Origin: Eremomyces bilateralis CBS 781.70
Taxonomy: Eukaryota
Assembly (NCBI GenBank): GCA_010015585.1
Contig: ML975162.1
Reading direction: 5' to 3' (one strand)
Length of the DNA stretch: 32,322 nucleotides
The notes under the pieces: generated by a model
Told to the model about the DNA's origin: nothing
Databases searched by the model: none
Seen by the model: only the letters and a program-made list of their open reading frames with translations
Program-made: the position numbers and the translations under genes
Part shown: positions 10,925 through 19,600 of the stretch, piece after piece
Layout: each line of letters begins with the position of its first letter
How positions within the stretch are numbered: position 1 is the stretch's first letter

Positions 10925-11287
10925 TCACACCTGGAACCCGAATCCCGCCATGCAAATCCGATAGCGGCTCACCAGGTCTTTGCACTCCCGATTCCCCGGA
11001 TCAGACGATTGGGAGAAAAGCATGCATTCGTCGCGGGCGGATTTCTCGTCGGTACAGACGCAGCATGGCTAGATCGAGGTCGTTAGAAGTGCGGTCGCTT
11101 GTCGCCGATGGTGTCGATGGCGTTGATCGAAGGACCAGCCTGGGAGGATCGTACCTTAACTTTTTTCTCCGTGGATTGGGAGGATGTCGGGGCCGGAGCC
11201 GGGCAGGCGTTGGTGGCGGATGCAGCTACGAGGAGTTAGAACAGAATCTGCAACGTCGGTGGGATGCGGAAACGTACTGGCCGACAT
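10925..11287 (-). CDS. COX17: Cytochrome c oxidase copper chaperone Cox17, 74 aa
   Basis: Exons 11287-11278, 11225-11155 and 11068-10925; both introns GTACG...CTAAC...TAG. Product MSATASATNACPAPAPTSSQSTEKKVKPCCVCTDEKSARDECMLFSQSSDPGNRECKDLVSRYRICMAGFGFQV has the KPCCxC copper site plus twin Cx9C. Absent from the ORF track. Confidence 0.96.
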
Positions 11288-11450
11288 CTTTTTGGCGATT
11301 GGGTTTGGTAGGTTCGTCGAATGATCTCTGAACACGTCGCGGTGAGGAAATTGCGAATTGGGGATGATGAGGTGCTTTGAAATCCAGTGACGGGATATTC
11401 TGAGTTCTGGCCAACAATCGGGAGTTGACAGGGTTCAATTGGGAAGAAGA

Positions 11451-11576
11451 GTGGAGCGGAGCGGCGGAGCGGCGGAGCGGAACGGCGGAGAATCACTACT
11501 ATGTTCGCTGTTGCTGGAATGCTAAGGTCTTGCATGTGCCGGTCTTGGCGGGGACTACGTGGCGGGGACTACGTGG
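11451..11576. repeat. Short tandem repeats in the COX17/RNA1 divergent promoter: (GCGGCGGA)-type array and a 14-bp duplication TGGCGGGGACTACG x2
   Basis: Read directly: 11453-11490 ggagcggagcggcggagcggcggagcggaacggcggag; 11546-11559 is identical to 11560-11573. Confidence 0.85.
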
Positions 11577-11777
11577 AAACGGCTCTAGACCCTGGACGAC
11601 TACGGCAGCCAATTGCCATGGCATCGCCGCCAAAGCACACAAAAACATTCGAAATGCGCCACCCCGCCTATCTTTACATACAACCACTGCTGCCTTGAAC
11701 CTTCCGCTTTCTCCTGATCGCCGAGTCTCAACCTTCTTATATTTCTATCCGTTGAACCCTCCGCTCCAAAGTTCAAG

Positions 11778-13091
11778 ATGGCCTCGTCAAAAGTGTTTTC
11801 GCTGGAGGGCAAGGGGCTGAAGTTGGACACTGCCGAAGACATTGCTCCTCATATCGAAGCCTTGAAGAAGAATGACGATGTGGAAGAGATCCGGCTTCTG
11901 GGTAATACGCTGGGTGTAGGCGCTTGTGAGGCCCTCGCCGAAGTCCTGAAAACGAAAAGGAAGCTCCATGTAGGCCCCCAAACTCTACATCCGATAAACC
12001 ATTACTCAATATGTTTACAGACTGCCAACCTGGCCGACATCTTTACATCCCGCCTCCTCTCTGAGATCCCTCCGGCACTCTCATTTCTCCTTGACGCCAT
12101 CCTCACCCTCCCGAATCTGCACACCATCAACCTCTCCGACAACGCCTTCGGACTCAACACCTCCGCCCCCCTGATCACCTTCCTATCCGCCCACGCCCCT
12201 CTCGAGCACCTCTACCTCAACAACAATGGCCTCGGCCCCGCTGCCGGCGCCATGATCGGTGACTCCCTCGCCATCCTCGCCGAGAAAAAAATCGCGACCG
12301 GCGCGCCCACCCTCAAAACGATCGTCTGCGGGCGCAACCGGCTGGAGACGGGCAGCATGGAGGCGTGGGCGAAGATGCTGGAAAGCCACGCCAAGCATGC
12401 AGAGGGGAAGGGCGATGGGAAGGGTATGCAGACGGTACGGATGGTGCAGAACGGGATCCGGAAGGAGGGGATCGATGTCTTGCTGCGGAAGGGCTTGAAG
12501 CACTGCCGAGATCTCAAGGTCTTAGACATGCAGGATAACACCTTCACGGAATTGGGGTCCAGGGCATTGGCGAACGCGGTGGATGGTTGGGCGGCGCTGA
12601 CGGAGCTTGGATTGAGCGATTGCTACCTGACGTCAAAAGGGGGGAAGCCGTTCCTTGCGAAGTTGGCCGCGGGGGGCCTTCCGAATCTCGAGGTTTTGAA
12701 GATGCAGTACGGGGAGATGGACGCGAGGACCCTCGCGCCGCTGGCGGATATCGCCGAGAACAAGCTGGGCAAGTTGAGGAGGGTCGAGCTGAACGGCAAC
12801 CGGTTCGGCGAGGACGACGACTTCGTAGAGAAGCTAAGAGGGGTGTTGGAGGATCGTAAGGAGGCTGCTGGGGGGGAGTGGGGCGAGGATGATTGGGGGT
12901 TGGACGAACTGGATGAGCTGGAAGAGGAGAGCGAGGAGGAAGAAGAGGAGGAGGAAGAGGAGGAAGAGGAAGCCGTCAGGGAAACGGAGGTGAAGAGGGC
13001 CGAGGAAGCGGAGGAGCAGATGGTCGCGCAGGAGAAAGACAAGGCTGTGGACGAGCTTGCGGAGAAGCTGGGCAAGACCGGTTTATCATAG
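11778..13091 (+). CDS. RNA1: Ran GTPase-activating protein (LRR domain plus acidic tail), ~420 aa
   Basis: FSLEGKGLKLDTAEDI...GNTLGVGAC...ADIFTSRLLSEIP...NLSDNAFG...LNNNGLGP...CGRNRLE...MVQNGIR...DMQDNTFT, followed by a poly-Glu tail. Probable in-frame intron 11970-12020 (GTAGGC...TTTACAG). Confidence 0.96.
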   Translation: MASSKVFSLEGKGLKLDTAEDIAPHIEALKKNDDVEEIRLLGNTLGVGACEALAEVLKTKRKLHVGPQTLHPINHYSICLQTANLADIFTSRLLSEIPPALSFLLDAILTLPNLHTINLSDNAFGLNTSAPLITFLSAHAPLEHLYLNNNGLGPAAGAMIGDSLAILAEKKIATGAPTLKTIVCGRNRLETGSMEAWAKMLESHAKHAEGKGDGKGMQTVRMVQNGIRKEGIDVLLRKGLKHCRDLKVLDMQDNTFTELGSRALANAVDGWAALTELGLSDCYLTSKGGKPFLAKLAAGGLPNLEVLKMQYGEMDARTLAPLADIAENKLGKLRRVELNGNRFGEDDDFVEKLRGVLEDRKEAAGGEWGEDDWGLDELDELEEESEEEEEEEEEEEEEAVRETEVKRAEEAEEQMVAQEKDKAVDELAEKLGKTGLS

Positions 13092-13686
13092 AATATGGTG
13101 TCCGTCGACTTGGGTTGGAGCAGATCCAGCGTGGAGATGATACCCTGGAAGAAGCATACTAGAATAGCGAGTAATTTTATCTGCCTTTGCTATAATATTA
13201 GAACAATGAAGAACCTGTGTCTAACGCTATGCTAAATTTCCTAGACTGGCTATAGGTAAATATCGGAAAGATTCCAGTGTCCTATTTCTGCTCATTTGAA
13301 TGTACGTAGTGATGGTAGGCTAGGATGTGTTGCCACTTCAAATATACCGCAAATCGTTGCCTTCAAAGTAAATCCAACTTCCTTGAACATCCAGCTTCAA
13401 TAGTCAACGCCGAACCAAAAAGTTGCATTAAAGGCGCAACTGGTTCTTTGGATTTCAGCTGTACGCCAAACTTGTCATCAAGAGCAATACCCGGAATTCT
13501 GTTGCTAGGGAATGAGTATGTATTGCTGAACGAAGCCTTGGTGACTGGTGTACAATTTGGAATCGCGGCACATTACTTTGAGTCTTCATTATTTGGTCTT
13601 ATGCACACACGTTCAACTTACTGAAATTTGGATTTCATCTCTAGTCAAATCTTTTTTGCCCGTAACTCGTCGCCCACCTGCCGGCC

Positions 13687-15051
13687 ATGCCTTTAGGCTG
13701 GGAGAGAATCAATGAAAAGACCCAGCGCCCAAATGCACTTATCAACTTCATCCGGCCTCTCCCCGGGGCCTCAGAAAAGCTGTCCCAAGACTTCCTGGAA
13801 CGCGTGGCGGCCATCGTCTACCCCATCATGAAGCGCAACCACATCGTCGTCAACGCCCTGGAAGAGTTCCCCTGGAACCGCGAATTCGTCGGCCGCAACT
13901 TCAATGCCGGGGAAGCCGTTCAGCTGGTACTCCGGGCAAAGAACGGGGCGTGGATGCCGTTCCGGCACGTGCAGATGGTGATGATCCATGAGTTGGCGCA
14001 CTGCAAGGAGATGAATCACGGGAAAAATTTCTGGAAGGTGCGTGATGGGTACGCGGATGAGCTTCGGGCATTGTGGACGCGGAATTACACGGGAGAGGGA
14101 TTCTGGGGTCGAGGGCAGACGTTGCTGAGCGGACAGTACACTACGGAGGTCATGCCGGATACGTCGATGGCCCCCGAGCATATCTGTGGCGGCACGTACC
14201 GCAGCGCGAGGAGAAAGAGAAAGAGAGGGCAAGGCGGGACGTCCGAGAAGCCGAAGCTGAGCTACGCAGAGCGACAGCAGCGGAGAATCTTGAAGAAGTT
14301 TGGGAGCGGGGGGGTTGCGTTGGGGGACGACGAAACGAAGCGAGTGGAGCTCGAGGGAGGGAAGAAGGTACAGGGCAAGCCTCGGGTGGCTGGGAGTGCG
14401 AGAGGAAGGGAGCTGAGAGCCGCAGCGGCGTTGGCTAGGTTTGACAACGTAAAGAAGGAGAAAGATCGGAGTGAGGCGCCGTCCGATGGCGAGTCGGATA
14501 CAGAGTCGGAATACGAAGAGGAAACTGAAAGCGACCTGATCGCTGTTGATGAACATGGCAAGCGACTCACTGATTCGAAAGGTCGGGGCTTTGTGAAGAT
14601 CTGCGAGACCGAGGATAACAACGATGTTGACTCCAAGCGAGAAATGGACGAGCTTCAGCGGATCGATCGATACTTCACGAAACGTCCGCAGAGGCCGGGA
14701 AGTTCATTCATAGATAACGCTGACGACGGTAGTGAGACGGAGGATGAAGAGCTACCCATTGAGGTAAAGAGGGGGGAGTCAAATTCAATACCACGGAACA
14801 GTGGGATAACATCCGGCGAAGCCGGGCAGCGGCCTGCCGAAGAGACCGAACAGATCTCCTGCAACGTCTGCTCGTACCTCAATCCTTCGACCGCCCTGAT
14901 ATGCGAGATCTGCTCGAACGTGTTGAAGCCTTCCAAACTCCTCAGCACTTGGAGATGCCAGAGCTCGTCGTGCAAAGAGAACAATTATATCAATCCTGGA
15001 GACGCTGGGGTTTGTGGGGCATGTGGAGCGAGCAAGAACCGGGCTGCGTAG
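13687..15051 (+). CDS. WLM-domain (Wss1-like) zinc metalloprotease with C-terminal zinc ribbons, 454 aa
   Basis: Single exon. LEEFPWNREFVGRNFNAGE..QLVLR...VMIHELAHCKEMNHGKNFW gives the WLM HExxH...H motif. SHP-like FWGRGQTL, VIM-like RELRAAAALAR, and two four-Cys motifs at the C-terminus. Confidence 0.9.
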   Translation: MPLGWERINEKTQRPNALINFIRPLPGASEKLSQDFLERVAAIVYPIMKRNHIVVNALEEFPWNREFVGRNFNAGEAVQLVLRAKNGAWMPFRHVQMVMIHELAHCKEMNHGKNFWKVRDGYADELRALWTRNYTGEGFWGRGQTLLSGQYTTEVMPDTSMAPEHICGGTYRSARRKRKRGQGGTSEKPKLSYAERQQRRILKKFGSGGVALGDDETKRVELEGGKKVQGKPRVAGSARGRELRAAAALARFDNVKKEKDRSEAPSDGESDTESEYEEETESDLIAVDEHGKRLTDSKGRGFVKICETEDNNDVDSKREMDELQRIDRYFTKRPQRPGSSFIDNADDGSETEDEELPIEVKRGESNSIPRNSGITSGEAGQRPAEETEQISCNVCSYLNPSTALICEICSNVLKPSKLLSTWRCQSSSCKENNYINPGDAGVCGACGASKNRAA

Positions 15052-15162
15052 AATGAAGATGTGGAAAAGAGCATGATACCCTCCGTCGCTACGGATCTTG
15101 TTCCTCGAAACTCCATATCACGATATGTACATGAAGAGCAGGGATAACGACCAACTATGGAC

Positions 15163-15896
15163 TCAAGACGAGCCACCCAGTTTCTGATACTGTTGAGCCA
15201 CGAATTTGGCGCTGTCCGAGATATACGACCCCGAGTTATATCGCAAATGAGCCAGCGTCGAAGACCCTCCCGGCGTGCACGTCTAGGCCTCGTCAGTCGC
15301 GTTCGTTCCTTCATCCACTCAGCACCTACCAGATCCCCCTGAACACAGTTAAACTTATATTTCCCCTCCATCTGCTCGGGCCACTTCGGAATCGGCCCCA
15401 CCGGACTATCATAAATTGGATTCGCCGCCGTTGCCTGCTGCCCCCCATCTCCAAACGTCACCGCCGCCACCACGCGCTCGAAGATCTCCGGCGTGAAATC
15501 CACCGCCGCACGATGCAGCACTACGGCGCCCTGCGAGTACCCCGAGAGCGCGAACTTCTGGTCCGGGCACGCGGTGACCTGCGTCTGAAGGTGCTGGAGC
15601 AGGGTTTGGACGCCCAGCTCCGGGCTGCGGTCGCTGAAGTCGGCGGGGTAGGGGACGGAGTAGCCAGTTGCGCTAGGGACGAGTTGGAGGACTTGGCGGA
15701 CGAGCGTGTTGCCGACTATGATGCCGTATTGGCCGCTCTCTCCGGTGGCTTTGGCTGTGGATGGCTGGGTTAGCGTCGGTGGCGCGGAGGGAGAGGAGAG
15801 GGTACCGTAGATCATCTCCAGTGGGGAGCATGGTGCTGCTTGTCCAACGACAGTCGCAGCGGCCGATAACGTGAGCACAAGGAACTTCAAAGACAT
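15163..15896 (-). CDS. Secreted cutinase (CE5), 211 aa
   Basis: Exons 15896-15806, 15754-15330 and 15282-15163; introns GTACCC...GCTAAC...CAG and GTAGGT...ACTGAC...TAG. Signal peptide MSLKFLVLTLSAAATVVGQA; AKATGE; YPA; ACPDQKFALSGYSQGA (catalytic Ser); CVQGDLTC (Asp); AHLRY (His). Confidence 0.93.
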
Positions 15897-16660
15897 GGTT
15901 TTAACTTAACCTTCTCGGTGATTCTCTGTCGAACACAAGAATGGGACGACATCGAGAGAGACGTTTATCCTAAATATTGTTCGGGGGACATATTTTCAAT
16001 CATGCTGCAATTAGACAGTTGCGGACCAGATATTGGCCATGATGAAGCCACTGATTCGGTTTTAATATATTTTCCGAGAACTCGTTCATGGCGAATTGAG
16101 CGAACTATAGGGTAAATCCACGTTTGGGGTTTATATTCCATGTGGAGACCTTCTCCACACTCTACATGCGCGATAAGACATGGGCTTGCCTACAACATTG
16201 CATTAGACTACTGTTGATTGACCATAAGCCTTGGGTATCACTTGTTAGTAATCGATTAATCGCATGTGCTCATTTGACCGGAAGCACAGCGAGCGCTTTT
16301 AGGTTTAGGACATCAGCCGGGAAATGCTTGAAAAGGTGAATGGGCAGTGAAGGAGATAGGATTGGTCAGTCAAATCTGGATTGCTAATTTTCGTCGAGCA
16401 TAATGCCCTGAACATCATACCATAAAGGTTTTATAGCGGTCGTGTTGATGATGTAGGAATAGACGCCTGTCGCTAGGGTGCGTCGGCTGCTGCATAATTG
16501 GAATAGTGATATCTCAAAGAATCCGCTGGCTCGAAACCATAGCTGGACCAGACCCGTCATTCCGTCGTTTCAAGAACTTGTTCATATCATGGCGTAGCCG
16601 TATGCTGGACTGTAGATGCATCGAAAGACCAACCGACCCCACATCCGCCGGCGGTATCCG

Positions 16661-19600
16661 TCAGTTCTCCCCGAACATGCTCGCCACGCCCGCGAGGTTC
16701 GCCTCTCCACCTCGGACAATTCCCTGATTCTCTACCCCGCTCATATACATCTCCGCCAGCTTGCTCCGCGGCTTCTTCTGTGACTCGAACGCCGGCCGCT
16801 CCACCTTGCCCATCTCGTGGATGCTGACGCCGCGGACGCCCTCGAGCAACGTCAACACGCAGGCCCGCGCTTTCCGATCCATGCCCTGCCCGGACGCCGC
16901 GCGGATATTGGCCACCGCGTCGTCCACCCGGCTCCGCGCGTGCGGATCCGACAAGCCCGGCAAGGACAGGAGGACTTGTCGAGAGATCTGCTGCTCCGGC
17001 TGGCCGTCCGAGTCGATCTGGATGATCTGCGCGATTAGCATGGCGAGGTCCTTCTGCACGTCGACGAAGTAGGGCTCGTTGAAGGAAGTGATGGCCGCCT
17101 TGAGGACTTCATCGGCGAGGAAGACATGGACGGGGTCGGAGGCGGGGGTGCGGAAGCGGGGCGCGACGTTGCGGAGGGCGCGGATGGCGAGGTTGCAGGA
17201 GCGGGTGTCGCGGACGCGGAGGGTGTGGGTGATGAAGAGGAGAAGGGGTTCGAGAATTTGGGGGGAGCTGAGAACGAAGGTGGCGAGGTTGGTGGATTCA
17301 GCGGACTCTCCTTGCCCGGATTCGCGCTGCTTGGGGGAAAAGTGGTCTTCGCAAGAAGGGTTTAGTGTGCGTGTTCTGCGGATGGGACGTTTCGAGGAGT
17401 CCTTACCGTTGCGTTGAGGGTCAAGTAAACTGGCCGCGAGGGAGATGGCATTGAAGGTTAGCTGACGCAGAATGCTCTCATCCTTCATCTCGTCGGCTAG
17501 GTTATCGTCCGCGCGTTGCTCGCTGACCCTCTTGGTGACCTGCTCCCATTCCGAACCGATTTTCCTGTCCAAGACTGCGAAGAGCGAAGAGACGACTTTG
17601 GGTAGGAAATGGGGCCGGAGATGGACAGGGCAATACTCTATAAGCTGCATCGACATATTTAGCAGGACGGAAACGTGATGGCTTGACAATGCGTGTGCGT
17701 TGCTGAAGAGCGCATCGCTTAAAGGACCTGGCAGCTCCGGAATCCCATAGAACAAGTCCTTGAGTCGGATGAAGCCGTATATTATCCAGTAGCATGACTC
17801 CCGAATCTGTCTCACGGTGCCGCGTATCGTCGAAGCGAAACCTTCGTACGTGGTCTTCGAGCTGCTGACCTTGGCGAAAAACGTTTCCCTACTTTCGGTC
17901 GAGATCCCGGATTGCCAAAACCGGTCGGTCAGGACTCGTTTTATGACGGCCTGCATCTCTTCCGGAAGTTGAGACCAGTTCGTGAGATCGTTGAATGCTT
18001 GCGATTGGCCGACAAGCTTAAGAAGGTTAGGGAGAATCACGGGAATGGCCCGGGACCAGATGAGACATGTCATCTCATGTTCTGGCGAGCCGTCCTCGAT
18101 CTTCTCGGTGGAGGCTGTTAAGAAGGATTTAGTGGATCGCAAAGGAAGCCCTTGAAACCGGCTGTTGATATTTTGCTGAATAGCCTTGCCTTCCTCGTCG
18201 AGCTCTTTAGCCGACCAGTCCTCCACCTGCCGAAATCCCCGGCTTTGAAAGTAGTCCGGAAGACTCCCGAAGGCCAGCATCTCACAGAAGGAGCCAAAGG
18301 ACGACAAACCTTCAGTCAGCGTTGGATTGGTCCAGGCTGCTTTGACTGGCTCTATGATGCTTTCGAGCTTCTGTTGCTTAGTGTTTTCGTCCAGAGTCTT
18401 CGCTCGATGTATGAGCATGAAGAGGAGCGTCCTGAACGCTTGCATCCGCCTGTCGCTTAGCTGTTGATTCGCCATGATATGGTTTGCTTTCCTCTCCAAG
18501 TCATCATATAGGGTGAAGAAGTGGTCGGAGAATACGAAAGCTAAGCGTTGCATCTCGGTCGCACTACTGCTTTCCAGGCTCTGCATTGCTTCGGAGTACT
18601 GGTGAGGCGCACTGATATCGCGCGTCTCGAGATTGAACAGATGATCCAAAACTGCGACCGCAAGCCCAGGTCTGGTAGGAAGCGCTTTGGTCGAAATTGT
18701 GACACAGAGCGTGTTCAATCTCTTTGTGATCTCGGGATCTTGGAACTTGAGTGTCAACAAGGTACGACACCATTCTTCATAGAGATCCTGCATCCCATTG
18801 CGATCATTCTCATTTTCCACGGGATCGGCCCCCTTGCCGTTCCGCCACTTGATGAACCCTTTCATAGCAGCATCAACAACCGATATCTGAGCTTCAATCC
18901 GAAGATTGTCGGGGGAATTCTTTGAGAAGGTGTTAGGGTCGAATTTGGCCTGCTCGGCTTGGATCGATGTGAAGAGACTTGCGGCCTGTGACAGGATGTG
19001 GCGAGAGGCATCCAGGGGCGTCGACCGGACTATTTGCTCGATGACATCTGTGCAGTAACGTCGGTAATTTCCCAGGAAAGCATGCTGCTCCGGAAGCGTA
19101 TCCATGTCTTCCTTGAGGAACAGGACCGTCAGATTGTCCGTGTTTTCCGGCAAGAACTCGTATCGAACGAGCCGTTCGCTACAGATCTCCAGGATGTTCC
19201 CGATCATTCCTCGGACCTCATTCGAGTCTCGGAACGACGGCGATTTCAAGATCTTGGACCAAAGGTGGAGGACAGGGATGGAGACCATCAGACTGGGATT
19301 CTGTAGCACGTCGAAAATGAGGCTCAGAAACTCTGCGATGGCGGCGTTCGGACCGAGACGACTGAATGATCGTTCGAGACAGGTTCCCAGATATGAAAGG
19401 AGTTCGGTGATTTTCTTGCACAAGGCGTACTTCTGCTCGTCCAGATCGCTCATCTGCTCCGTCGTCCACACATAGACTTTTCTGAGCAGGTCGGCTCGGG
19501 GCCCAGTGAGCATCGGGCCGATGATTTCCTCGGCGAACTCGTCCGACTCGATATGGCTCCGCGCGAAGATGGCTTGGAGCGCCTCGACCGTGGAGATTTG

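Noticed and set aside
12925..12972. GAG/GAA repeat tract
   Set aside because: It encodes the normal acidic tail of RanGAP and is not an independent element.
14985..15896. ORF-track 303-aa cutinase overlapping the WLM gene
   Set aside because: It reads through two introns; the spliced model restores the catalytic His and stops at 15163, with no CDS overlap.
16511..16663. TGA-CGG stop context of MSN5 followed by ~48 open codons (possible readthrough)
   Set aside because: Not the UGA-CUA motif, and the extension ends in QRIL with no PTS1 or other signal; no other stop in the window has a strong readthrough context.
9235..17406. Apparent excess of stop-free 3n introns as a window-wide system
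   Set aside because: 4 of the 9 3n introns (23 modelled in total) being stop-free is about what chance gives for 50-60 nt introns; individual cases are reported separately.
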